Source of the DNA: Macrostomum lignano
Taxonomy: Eukaryota
Assembly: GCA_002269645.1 (NCBI GenBank)
Contig: NIVC01000795.1
Location: 62,001-126,000 of the forward strand
Direction: 5' to 3'
DNA length: 64,000 nt
Positions within the stretch are counted from its first letter, which is position 1, and each line of letters begins with the position of its first letter. Position numbers and translations under genes: made by a program. The notes beneath the pieces are model-generated. The model did not search any database. It saw only the letters and a program-made list of their open reading frames with translations, and had not been told where the DNA came from. Below are positions 1 through 11,136 of this stretch, one piece after another.

Positions 1-161
1 AGACCCTAGGTGAACCCGTGACCCTAGGTGAACCCGAGACCCTAGGTGAACCCGTGACCCTAGGTGAACCCGAGACCCTAGGTGAACCCGTGACCCTAGG
101 TGAACCCGTGACCCTAGTTGAACCCGTGACCCTAGGTGAACCCATGACCCTAGGTGAACCC
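1..161. repeat. 18-bp minisatellite (GTGACCCTAGGTGAACCC), about 9 copies, cut by the window start; intronic to the PIH1D2-like gene
   Basis: Unit read directly; contains a CCTAGG palindrome; source of the TLGEPV-repeat ORF 18..494. Confidence 0.95.
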
Positions 162-197
162 TTGAATATGCATTCAACCCGCCGCGCCCACCCACAG

Positions 198-1488
198 CTG
201 CGACCTCGCCGACCCCTCGGCCACCATAAGCGCCCACGTCGGCAGGCCCTTCCCGAGCCAGCAGCTGCCGGATGCCCTGCTGCTGCCGATTGCTTTCAAT
301 GTCGAGACTCTGCAACAGGCGCTGCCAGCCGCCTGCCTCGCCGAGTCGTCTTCAACGACATCCGCGACTTCCGCCGCTGCAGCATTGAAACGCGACGCCG
401 ACGCTCGCGCCTTCGTTGTCCACGCGTTGCGCCACTGCCTCGCCCAGCGGCTGCGCGCCTCCCTCCGGCCGCTGTCCGGCGAGCTTCAGGATGACGACGC
501 CAACGGTACCATCGACCTTCTGCCGGCGGCGTCGGAGAAGCTGTTCGTCGAGCCGGGCTTCCTGGCCGCGCTGCACCGCGGCCTCGGCTACCAGCCTGGC
601 GACTTGGCGCTGCAGCGGCTGGTGGAGGCCCAGACACAGATCAAGCGCCAGACGCAGTCGCAGCATGAGACTCCGGCACCGCTAGTGGCGCCTTTGCCTG
701 GGTGAGGCTTGGGGGAGGCTTGCGTGAGGCTTGAGTGAGGCTTGGGTAAGGCTTGGGTGAGGCTTGCGTGAGGCTTGGGTGAGGATTGGGTGAGGCTTGC
801 GTGAGGCTTGGGTGAGGCTTGAGTGAGGCTTGGGTGAGGCTTGAGTGAGGCTTGGGTGAGGCTTGGGTGAGGCTTGCGTGAGGCTTGGGTGAGGCTTGTT
901 TGAGGCTTGAGTGAGGCTTGGGTGAGGCTTGGGTGAGGCTTGCGTGAGGCTTGGGTGAGGCTTGCGTGAGGCCTGAGTGAGGCCTGAGTGAGACTGTATT
1001 GCAGCTCTTTTGCTGTCCTTAATGATTAAAACTTAGCACTTAGCTTTGCGCCTGTCTTCTCTGCCTGCCTTCATAATGCACAAAAATCTTCAGCAGCAAT
1101 CTTTCGTGTTTCTTTCAGCGTATCCGACTCGCCAGCATCGCCGCAGCTGCTTCTTGGCGGACCTGAGGATCCCAGCGGAAGACTTCATCAGCGGCAGCAG
1201 CAGCAGTTGCAGCTCACGACCTCCGTGAACAGGGTGGAGCGCCTGCTCACCATGCGAGTCTCCGTCGGCCAGGTCGCCGAATCCGCTGCCGAGCTGGATG
1301 TCCGGCTGGAGCCCCGGCTGTTGACGCTGCGCCGCGCCGCCGACGCCGATGACAGCGCGAAGCCGCCGCTGCTGCAGGCTGAGCTGCCCTGCGAGGTGGC
1401 CCCGGACGACGCCACGGCGCGATTCCTGCGAGCGAAACGGCAGCTGCTGCTGCGGGCGCCGGTGGTCGGCCCGCTGCCCCCGGCCTAG
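198..1488 (+). CDS. PIH1D2: PIH1 domain-containing protein 2-like, last two exons: 198..701 and 1119..1488 (5' exons outside the window)
   Basis: cccacag acceptor, GG|GTGAGG donor and tttcag acceptor are phase-consistent (phase 2). ISAHVGRP..LPIAFNVETLQQAL..FVVHALRHCL resembles the PIH1 domain (VPLTVGKP..IDVAYNPDVL..LIQMAMKCI). The C-terminal VAESAAELDV..LPCEVAPDDATARFLRAKRQLLLRAPV is a PIH1-family CS domain. Confidence 0.72.
702..992. repeat. 10-bp minisatellite (GTGAGGCTTG and variants), about 28 copies, beginning at the 5' splice site
   Basis: Read directly; the first unit is the donor GTGAGG. Confidence 0.95.
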
Positions 1489-1504
1489 GGCGGCTGGACT
1501 GATC

Positions 1505-2540
1505 ACGGATGAGCTAGAGATCAGAGTGGATTGCTAATCTAGCCTGCACAGATGAGCTGGAGATCAGAGTGGATTGCTAATCTAGCCTGCACGGATGAGC
1601 TGGGGATCAGAGTGGATTGCTAATCTAGCCTGCACAGATGAGCTGGAGATCAGAGTGGATTGCTAATCTAGCCTGCACGGTTGAGCTGGGGATCAGAGTG
1701 GATTGCTAATCTAGCCTGCACGGATGAGCTGGGGATCAGAGTGGATTGCTAATCTAGCCTGCACAGATGAGCTGGGGATCAGAGTGGATTGCTAATCTAG
1801 CCTGCACGGCTGAGCTGGGGATCAGAGTGGATTGCTAATCTAGCCTGCACGGCTGAGCTGGGGATCAGAGTGGATTGCTAATCTAGCCTGCACGGCTGAG
1901 CTGGGGATCAGAGTGGATTGCTAATCTAGCCTGCACGGATGAGCTGGGGATCAGAGTGGATTGCTAATCTAGCCTGCACGGATGAGCTGGGGATCAGAGT
2001 GGATTGCTAATCTAGCATGCACGGCTGAGCTGGGGATCAGAGTGGATTGCTAATCTAGCCTGCACGGATGAGCTGGGGATCAGAGTGGATTGCTAATCTA
2101 GCCTGCACGGATGAGCTGGGGATCAGAGTGGATTGCTAATCTAGCCTGCACGGCTGAGCTGGGGATCAGAGTGGATTGCTAATCTAGCCTGCACGGCTGA
2201 GCTGGGGATCAGAGTGGATTGCTAATCTAGCCTGCACGGCTGAGCTGGGGATCAGAGTGGATTGCTAATCTAGCCTGCACGGATGAGCTGGGGATCAGAG
2301 TGGATTGCTAATCTAGCCTGCACGGATGAGCTGGGGATCAGAGTGGATTGCTAATCTAGCATGCACGGCTGAGCTGGGGATCAGAGTGGATTGCTAATCT
2401 AGCCTGCACGGATGAGCTGGGGATCAGAGTGGATTGCTAATCTAGCCTGCACGGATGAGCTGGGGATCAGAGTGGATTGCTAATCTAGCCTGCACGGCTG
2501 AGCTGGGGATCAGAGTGGATTGCTAATCTAGCCTGCACAG
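1505..2540. repeat. 43-bp minisatellite (GAGCTGGGGATCAGAGTGGATTGCTAATCTAGCCTGCACGGAT), about 24 copies
   Basis: Near-identical units starting about 15 bp after the PIH1D2-like stop codon. Confidence 0.97.
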
Positions 2541-2819
2541 TGTCTGATTTTTATTGTGCTACTGTAGGCTTTATAACAAAAGTTTCCATTTGTGTTCTTC
2601 GTTTTTTGCCTTAAATTTAATGCACTTGTAATTCCGTCCTTATCAAAGTACATGGTGTCCTTTAGTGCGATTTATTCGCTTACAATTTGCACTATTGTTA
2701 GATTTTTTCTACGTGGGTCAACTACTGCAGAACATATTTGGGATTAGAATTGTGCCGTAGTAGTACAAGGTATTAATAGAATTTAGTGGAACACAGATGG
2801 ATGATTGCAATATCCATAA

Positions 2820-4290
2820 TGGGAACGGAACAGAATAGAATGAGAATAGAATGAGAAAAGAACGAGAATAGAACAGAATAGAATGAGAACAGAACAGAAT
2901 AAAATGAGAATAAAACAGAATGGAATGAGAATAGAACAAAGTAGAATGAGAATAGAACAGAATAGAATGAGAATAGAACACAATAGAACGAGAATAGAAC
3001 AGAATAGAATCAGAATAGAACAGAATAGACTGAGAATAGAACACAATAGAACGAGAATAGAACAGAATAGAATCAGAATAGAACAGAATAGAATGAGAAT
3101 AGAACAAAGTAGAATGAGAATAGAACAGAATAGAATGACAATAGAACAAAGTAGAATGAGAATAGAACAAAGTAGAATGAGAATAGAACGGAATAGAATG
3201 AGAATAGGACAGAATAGAATGAGAACGGAACAGAATAGAATGAGAATAGAATGAGAAAAGAACGAGAATAGAACAGAATAGAATGAGAACAGAACAGAAT
3301 AGAATGAGAATAGAATGAGAAAAGAACGAGAATAGAACAGAATAGAATGAGAACAGAACAGAATAGAATGAGAACAGAACACAATAGAACGAGAATAGAA
3401 CAGAATAGAATCAGAATAGAATGAGAAAAGAACGAGAATAGAACAGAATAGAATGAGAACAGAACAGAATAAAATGAGAATAGAATGAGAAAAGAACGAG
3501 CATAAAACAGAATAGAATGAGAACAGAACAAAGTAGAATGAGAATAGAACAGAATAGAATGAGAATAGAACAGAATATAATGGGAATAGAACAGAAGTAA
3601 AATGAGAATAGAACAGAATAGAATGAGAATAGAACGAGAATAGAATGAGAATATAACAGAATGGAATGAGAATAGAACAGAATATAATGGGAATAGAACA
3701 GAAGTAGAATGAGAATAGAACAGAATGGAATGAGAATATAACAGAATGGAATGAGAATAGAACAGAATAGAATTAGAATAGAATGAGAATAGAACGAGAA
3801 TAGAACAGAATAGAATTAGAATAGAATGAGAATAGAACGAGAATAGAACAGAATAAAATGAGGATAAAACAGAATGGAATGAGAATAGAACAGAAGTAGA
3901 ATGAGAATAGAACAGAATAGAATGAGAATAGAACAGAATAGAATGAGAATATAACAGAATGGAATGAGAATAGAACAGAAGTAGAATGAGAATAGAACAG
4001 AATAGAATGAGAATAGAATGAGAATAGAACGAGAATAGAACAGAATAGAATTAGAATAGAATGAGAATAGAACGAGAATAGAACAGAATAGAATGAGAAT
4101 ATAACAGAATGGAATGAGAATAGAACAGAAGTAGAATGAGAATAGAACAGAATAGAATTAGAATAGAACAGAATAGAACAGAATAGAATGAGAATAGAAC
4201 AGAATAGAATTAGAATAGAATGAGAATAGAATGAGAATAGAACAGAATAGAATGAGAACGGAACAGAATAGAATGAGAATAGAGCAGAGT
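2820..4290. repeat. Purine-rich AGAAT/AGAAC-based simple satellite, about 1.5 kb
   Basis: AGAATAGAATGAGAATAGAAC-type units; source of the spurious LFYSHS/RIEQNRM ORFs. Confidence 0.95.
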
Positions 4291-4506
4291 AGAAGATGAA
4301 GAGGGCAGACTAGGGCAGAATATGACATAAAGTGTAAGAAACGGATTGTGAATTGAATTGCAGGCCGAGATCGTCCCCTTGAACGTGGGTCCGCCGCACC
4401 CCTGCCAGCTGGAGGGAGTCAAGCAGACCGCATCAGGTGAGCATCGATTGATGCAGACATTTATTTCTGATGCAGACTAATTTGACTGCCTGACCGGCTG
4501 TCCAAG

Positions 4507-4571
4507 GGGCAGAGAGCGGCTTAGCGATGAGCGCGTCCGACTCTCACGCCACAGTCCCTTGGTTCGATTCC
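4507..4571 (+). mobile_element. Degenerate tRNA-like head, probably a SINE fragment
   Basis: A-box-like GCGGCTTAGCGATGAG and a perfect B box GGTTCGATTCC at 4561-4571 with tRNA-like spacing; no acceptor stem can be closed. Confidence 0.4.
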
Positions 4572-4614
4572 AAATTAATGGGCTGGTGAACAAAAATTGT
4601 CGAGGACAAGCGCG

Positions 4615-5392
4615 ATGCTAGAGCTGCAGGTTAAACGAAGTTGGCCGCGGATAGCATACACAGCTGGTGAATGAGGCTGCTAGCGTCACCTCTCTCAACG
4701 AAGCCACAGTGAGCGGCTGGCGAATGAAGCTGAGCTGCAGTTCACCCTGCTGTGATTGGGCAGCAGCTCTGAGCTGCAGTTCACCCTGCTGTGATTGGGC
4801 AGACGCTCTGAGCTGCAGTCACCCTGCTGTGATTGGGCAGCAGCTCTGAGCTGCAGTTCACTCTGCTGTGATTGGGCAGACGCTCTGAGCTGCAGTCACC
4901 CTGCTGTGATTGGGCAGCAGCTCTGAGCTGCAGTTCACTCTGCTGTGATTGGGCAGCAGCTCTGAGCTGCAGTTCACCCTGCTGTGATTGGGCAGCAGCT
5001 CTGAGCTGCAGTCACCCAGCTGTGATTGGGCAGCAGCTCTGGGCTGCAGTCACCCTGCTGTGATTGGGCAGCAGCTCTGGGCAGGGGAATTTCATAGGCT
5101 TGAAATTTCATATCATCCATGCAGTAGTCTCGCTGAACTTGCGCTTGCTGGGTCAAAACTTCACTGTCAATCTAAACCGGAAAACTGAGTAAAAGTACAT
5201 TTAGAATCTCGCCGATCGCCCGCAGGCTGCATCATCAAGGAGGTGACTTTCATCGGTGTCGGCCGGGTCGACATCGACGAGATCCGGTTCCGCAACTGCC
5301 ACACCGGCTTCATCAGCATCCGGGTCCGCTACGCCCAGCAGCCGCAGCATCCGCCGCCTCCGCCATCCGCGTCGTCCGGCGGCCGACGGTCA

Positions 5393-5427
<35 letters not shown>

Positions 5428-5902
5428 CTCGCCGGGTGAGTGGCGCACCTGCCTGCACAGGCGGCGCCTCATGCCGGACCCGCACAGCGAGCTGGGCGGC
5501 CTGGCGCAGTTCCGCTTCGGCCAGCCAGACTGGCAGGCGCCCGTGACCGGCGTGGCGGCCGTTCGCCTCGTCCTCATGCAGCCCTCGCCGGTGTGGCGCG
5601 AGTTCGGCATCGAGGCGCTGCAGATTGTTCGTCGCCACGCTGGGGGCCCGAGCAGCTCCGCCTTCGCCGCTCCAGCCGACCCGCTGGCCCGAGTCCGCTG
5701 CGCCGAGGACGACGTCGGAGCCAGCGGTGGCGGCGGTGGCGGCGGCCTCGCCCGACTTCCCGGCATGTCGCGACGCCTCGCCGAGTTTGCGGCCTCGACG
5801 GCCTACCTGCGGCATCGCCTGCTGTCCTCGGCGGCGCCGGCGTCGGCTGCCTATGAATCTGGCGATGCTTACGACGTCAGTCTGCTGCACTTTGCCGCCT
5901 GA
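4615..5902 (+). CDS. NICN1: Nicolin-1 (tubulin polyglutamylase complex subunit); exons 4615..4666 and 5205..5902
   Basis: EVTF..IDEIRFRNCHTGFISIRVR, WRTCL..LMPDPHSE, LVLMQPSPVW.EFGIEALQI and terminal YDVSLLHF match the NICN1 motifs I recall (DVTF..LQEITFKNYYTAFLSIRVR, WVTCL..LMPDPHSE, LILRQPSPLW, YDLNLLSY). Exon 1 (MLELQVKRSW..) joins in phase 1 but is less certain. Confidence 0.88.
4725..5079. repeat. 39-bp minisatellite (GAGCTGCAGTTCACCCTGCTGTGATTGGGCAGCAGCTCT), about 9 copies, in the NICN1 intron
   Basis: Read directly; same unit as 10618..10943. Confidence 0.95.
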
Positions 5903-6004
5903 CACCGCCGGAGGACATTTGTGCAGGCGGATTGACAATTCTCTAAGTCCTCTGAATGCTTTTACTGAATTGCTTTGCGTAATGTGATGATCGCCTGCCC
6001 CTTT

Positions 6005-6560
6005 ACCCCACCCCAAAATATCGATCGCTTGGATTATCTGCCTCTCTACCCTCACCTCAAAATATCGATCGTTTGGATTCTCTGCCTCTCTACCCCACCT
6101 CAAAATATCGATCGCTTGGATTATCTGCCTCTCTACCCCCACCTCAAAATATCGATCGCTTGGATTCTCTGCCTCTCTACCCCCACCTCAAAATATCGAT
6201 CGCTTGGATTCTATGCCTCTCTATCCCCACCTCAAAATATCGATTGCTTGGGTTCTCTGACTCTCTACCCCTACCCCAAAATATCGATTGCTTGGACTAT
6301 CTGCCTCTCTACCCCTACCCCAAAATATCGATTGCTTGGATTCTCCGCCTCTCTACCCCTACCCCAAAATATCGATTGCTTGGACTATCTGCCTCTCTAC
6401 TCTCACCCCAAAATATCGATCGCTTGGATTCTCTGCCTCTCTACCCCCACCCCAAAATATCGATTGCTTGGGTTCTCTGACTCTCTACCCCTACCCCAAA
6501 ATATTAATCGCTTGAATTTTTTGCCTCTGTACCCCACCCCGAAATATCGATCGCTTGCCT
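6005..6560. repeat. 44-bp minisatellite (AAAATATCGATCGCTTGGATTCTCTGCCTCTCTACCCCCACCTC), about 13 copies
   Basis: Period 44 (6015 to 6059); lies about 100 bp after the NICN1 stop. Confidence 0.93.
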
Positions 6561-7074
6561 GCCTGAATTACTTTGTGTTAATTTCTGCTGCAACAGTTGC
6601 CAGCCACTTTCACAAAATTCATTCCCAATACCAATTCAGCTTTTCGTTTTACCTCCTAACTTCTTAACTTCTTAATGCTTTGAAAATCATCCTTAATTTA
6701 TAAGGAATTGCCAGTTAGTTCCGTCCAAAAAACATTTTCTTCAAGAATATTTTCTACGAGTTGTTTTGTTGTAAGAATAAATGACTTTAATTGGCTCATA
6801 TTTTACAGCCGAATAGTAAAAAAGATTGCATAACGTGTGCAGACAAAATGTATTTATTGATTTGTTAGCTTGCATGTAGAGTTCTTTTGTTTTAATTCTT
6901 GGCTCAGCTACTAAACGGAATTCTGATTTTTAAAAGATTAAAGCTGGAAGCAAAAATTTGTTTAAATTTTCAATTAGCAAAATTTATTGTTAGTTGGGCC
7001 TCCATCTATCGCCTGTTGCCATGGAGTTTTGTGTCTCCTTTTGTTTTACTATTTTCGCGGATAATTGCAACCCG

Positions 7075-7343
7075 CATGCTTTGTCCCGGCTGCTCAATGC
7101 GGATTCCGGATAAAGCCGTGCTCAGCCGCTACGGCAGGCAGTGAATGCCGCCTCTGTTTCCTGAGCTCTCCGCTTCTCCGCTCGCTATTGTTGGCTTCAA
7201 GCAACAGAAAGCGGGTTAAAGAAGCCTCTGATCTGCTTTCGGACTCTTTTCGGGGGGGGGGGCAGCAAAAAATTCTGGGCCGCTGGGTTGACTGGAACAG
7301 CCAGGAGCGCATGCTGTGGGCCATCGCAGCCAGATACATGTAG
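7075..7343 (+). CDS. Possible small hypothetical protein (about 67 aa, ending KILGRWVDWNSQERMLWAIAARYM)
   Basis: GC3-biased island. A phase-2 join is possible only through a non-canonical GC donor; X-box-like GTTGCCATGGAG lies at 7015-7026. No family recognised, and the strand is not certain. Confidence 0.2.
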
Positions 7344-7582
7344 TTTGGTAGCTCAGCTATTAATTAATTATATGGAATTTATTGCTCAGCACTGCAGCTG
7401 GCTTTAGTCGGGTCATTAAGAACTGCATTACTGTTGGCCTGTTAGTAAAACTCTCACCTGTGCTTTCTCTATTATATTGTCACGGCTGCCCTCTGCGGCC
7501 TGCGCGCTTGAATCGCGCAATGAGAAATCCAGTCAGGGCAGAATAAATGAATCAAATATGGCTATTTTTGCCGCTAAGGCCG

Positions 7583-9578
7583 CTAAGATTTTATTGCTGA
7601 AAACCGCGCCTGTTCGTCTGACAAAGCCGCTATCTTTGAGTCCTTGCTTTCCTGGTTGCCATGGAGACAGCGGGCCGGCGCGATCGGCGGCAGCAGGCCG
7701 AAGTCGGAGACCTGGCCGTCCAGGCTGCGGGCGCTGGCGCGGGCTGCTTCGAGGCGGCGAAGGCGGCGCCGCTCCGCGCCGGCGAGGAGCGCCGCCGCCC
7801 GGCCCTCCGGCAGCAGCTGCAGACGCAGGGGCGCCGGCAGGATCGGCGCTAGCGGCGGCGGCCGCCCCTGCCGTCCCTCGGTGCTGACCACTGAAAGCAG
7901 AAACCGGGGGATTTCATCAGTGGCTTCAGAATAAGATCAAAATCATCATCCAGCACGACTGGATTGCAGGTGTCTTCGAGCGTTTGTTCCAGGGATCGGC
8001 GGCAAAACCCGGCCACATGCGGCCCACGAAGTCTCTCTATCCGGCCTTCGGGTCCTTTAAACTCCACAATCCGGCCCGCCTAAGGTTTTGTCCCTTCTCA
8101 GCTCTTCTCTCAGTTCTCTTCTCTCTTCCCTATTCTCTATTTTCTCTCATCTCTCTTCTCTCTCATCTCCTCTTTTCTCTCTCATCTCCTCTTTTCTCTC
8201 TCATCTCCTCTTTTCTCTCTCATCTCCTCTTTTCTCTCTCATATCCTCTCTTCTCTCTCATATCCTTTCTTCTCTCTCATCTCCTCTCTTCTCTCTCATA
8301 TCCTCTCTTCTCTCTCATCTCCTCTCTTCTCTCTCATATCCTCTCTTCTCTCTCATCTCCTCTCTTCTCTCTCATCTCCTCTCTTCTCTCTCATCTCCTC
8401 TTTTCTCTCTCATATCCTCTCTTCTCTCTCATATCCTCTCTTCTCTCTCATCTCCTCTCTTCTCTCTCATCTCCTCTCTTCTCTCTCATCTCCTCTCTTC
8501 TCTCTCATCTCCTCTCTTCTCTCTCATCTCCTCTCTTCTCTCTCATCTCCTCTTTTCTCTCTCATATCCTCTCTTCTCTCTCATATCCTCTCTTCTCTCT
8601 CATCTCCTCTCTTCTCTCTCATCTCCTCTCTTCTCTCTCATCTCCTCTCTTCTCTCTCATCTCCTCTTTTCTCTCTCATATCCTCTCTTCTCTCTCATAT
8701 CCTCTCTTCTCTCTCATCTCCTCTCTTCTCTCTCATCTCCTCTCTTCTCTCTCATATCCTCTCTTCTCTCTCATCTCCTCTCTTCTCTCGACTCTTCGCT
8801 CTCATCCCATCTCCCATCTCGCCTCTCACCTCTAATCTCTTTCTTCTTCTCTTTCCTCTATTCCCACTCCTTTCCTCCCTCACCCGGCCCTCATGCAGCA
8901 ATTATCTGAATTCTTTATCTGGCTCTTGAGGGAATAATATTTGCCGACACCTGATCTATATGAGGGCACATTCTCGAGCCAAAGTCCCCGGGTCCCCGTG
9001 TACATGTCTGACGATGCAAGTGTCTGGGCCGCTGTACACCCAGTCAGCAGTGACCAAAGGCCCCAAAAATCGCATTGGATTTATTGGTGTTTAGTATTCT
9101 GGCATTGCAGTTTCTTATCGCTGAGACTGCAGCATCAAGGGAGTTCTGTACACCCAGCCGGAGTAGCACTGCACAACCCATGCAGCCACATCCCCCAATC
9201 AAGCAGCCCCAGGCGCTCACGCGCGCTCTCGCCATCGCCTGTCCGCGCCGCCGTCACGGCGCCGGATTCGAGCCGCAGGCGGGCCAGCGCCGACCGCGCC
9301 AGCTGCAGCGTCCTGCTGCCGGGGCCCTCCGGCCTCGCCGCCGACCGCACCGCGATCGCGTTCCGCTTCTCCAGGTAGGGGAAGGCGGGGCCGCCGCCTT
9401 TGCTGTCGACGTCGCCGCCCCTCGCTTGGCGGCTCTCGGCCGCGATGCGCGCCACCTCGCGCCGATGCGCCGCCTCAAACGCGCGCATCCGCCTGCGCAG
9501 TTGCTCGTCAGCGCAGGCGTTTTGATTTTCAGCGATGCGCCAACTGCGCCACGGGTGCTGCCTGCCGCCTGCCGGCAT
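7583..9578 (-). CDS. Hypothetical coiled-coil protein, about 220 aa; exons 9578..9221 and 7890..7583; N-terminus loosely CCDC190-like
   Basis: C|GTGAGC donor and tttcag|TG acceptor join in phase 1; strong CTG/CCG/GAG codon bias in this frame. The segment IAENQNACADEQLRRRMRAFEAAHRREVARIAAESRQ is helical. Confidence 0.55.
7655..7668. promoter_or_regulatory. RFX X-box-like motif GTTGCCATGGAGAC
   Basis: Near-palindromic match to the X-box consensus, but it lies inside a predicted exon. Confidence 0.3.
8090..8870. repeat. CT-rich low-complexity array (TCTCTCATCTCCTCTCT-type units), intronic
   Basis: Read directly; source of the SLLSHLLSS ORFs. Confidence 0.93.
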
Positions 9579-10617
9579 GCCTGCATGGCCCGCTCTCAGC
9601 CGCCTCTCCCGCTTTTCTTTTGCCTCGGTTTCACTTTTTCATTGGAGATGCGACCGGCCCACTTGTGCTCAGCGGCCCCCGGCCTCCCCCCCCCGGCCTG
9701 TCACTGGCTGCTTTGAGCACAGGCGAGTAGGGGGATCGTAAATCCAAAGATGTTTGGCATTTCAAACTCAAATTCAATTTATTCCTATAGAAGTTTGGAT
9801 CCGACTGCTTATTAAAAAAGATTTCTCTATCCCTGCGATACGAAAGTACTCAATGCTGATCGGCTGAGCATTGATTGGCGAGGAGTCCGCAACAATGAAG
9901 GCATTGTGTTCCCGACTTATTCACCCTGCTGCTGGAAAATTGATTGGTCAGTTTATTTTTAACCTTGAAGCTTACCGCATAGAGCGTAAAAGTACATTTA
10001 TTTTATTACAAAAATCATGTACGAGCTCGTAGAATCCACTTTAAAAAGGCTCTCAAAACGAACATAATCATACTTATAGGACTGGCAAGTCGTGACCAAG
10101 TGACCAAGCGGTCTAAAGTGCAGCGCTCTGCCGCCAGATCCATGACAGTCATGACAAACATTAAACGGCTCTCAGCGCCGGGTGTGCTGTTGCTCAGCGC
10201 CTGAGTCGAGTGCTTGAGACTCACATAGGCGGAGAAGTTTGCTCGTTAGGTGTTGACATTTCGCCTTCTGCAGGGTCCTCCGATGCGATGCAGACGGCAC
10301 AGGGACTCCTAACTGTTGACTCTCCCTCCTACGTCTCTGTGTTTGGCTCCCATGCGCCCGCGGGCCTCGAATTTTCGAGCCCTTGTTGTGCGCCGCTTCG
10401 AGCTAATACGGTCGAGTAATTCGAACTTTTTAGACCCGAGTTTTCTAGCAATCGTTTGCCTATAAAAACTGGCGTAAATATATTGAATCTGACTGTCAGT
10501 GCCGTATGGGACTTTCATGCGGGAGTCAATTGGGAAGTTTCAATCTATGGACTCTTGGTTGCCGTTAGAACGCAGCTGAACCGGCCATTTTGCATCAACA
10601 TGTGAGCGAGTGGCAAT

Positions 10618-10943
10618 TGAAGCTGAGCTGCAGTTCACCCTGCTGTGATTGGGCAGCAGCTCTGAGCTGCAGTTCACCCTGCTGTGATTGGGCAGCAGCT
10701 CTGAGCTGCAGTTCACCCTGCTGTGATTGGGCAGCAGCTCTGAGCTGCAGTTCACCCTGCTGTGATTGGGCAGCAGCTCTGAGCTGCAGTTCACCCTGCT
10801 GTGATTGGGCAGCAGCTCTGAGCTGCAGTTCACCCTGCTGTGATTGGGCAGCAGCTCTGAGCTGCAGTTCACCCTGCTGTGATTGGGCAGCAGCTCTGAG
10901 CTGCAGTTCACCTTGCTGTGATTGGGCAGCAGCTCTGAGCTGT
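10618..10943. repeat. 39-bp minisatellite, about 8 copies, second locus of the unit at 4725
   Basis: Same unit and orientation as the NICN1-intron array. Confidence 0.95.
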
Positions 10944-11136
10944 GAGAGAAACACAAGGCGGAAGTTGCAAGCTTCCCTTTGCAAGCTTGTATTTCGCAGC
11001 AGTCAGCTTAGTTAAATAAGACAGAGGCTTAAGCTTCCGATAGTCGGCAGAGAAAGTTTGTAACAGATATCAGACAGGTGCTTTTTAAACTGTGAATCAG
11101 ATGTCACTGCGCCGGGTCAGGCGGATCAATTCTCAG

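Noticed and set aside
1505-2540. CRISPR-like appearance of the 43-, 39- and 48-bp arrays
   Set aside because: Units are head-to-tail with no unique spacers, there are no cas genes, and the context is spliceosomal-intron eukaryotic DNA.
2718-3531. Long ORFs (LFYSHS/RIEQNRM repeats)
   Set aside because: Translations of a simple satellite, open in several frames on both strands.
4507-4575. Functional tRNA gene
   Set aside because: B box present, but no closable acceptor stem or clear anticodon arm; kept only as a SINE-like relic.
7984-8909. 273-283 aa Ser/Leu-rich ORFs
   Set aside because: CT-rich intronic repeat on the strand opposite the host gene.
7583-9578. Assignment of this gene to SPATA17
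   Set aside because: Only a superficial helical resemblance; no IQ motifs found in any nearby frame.
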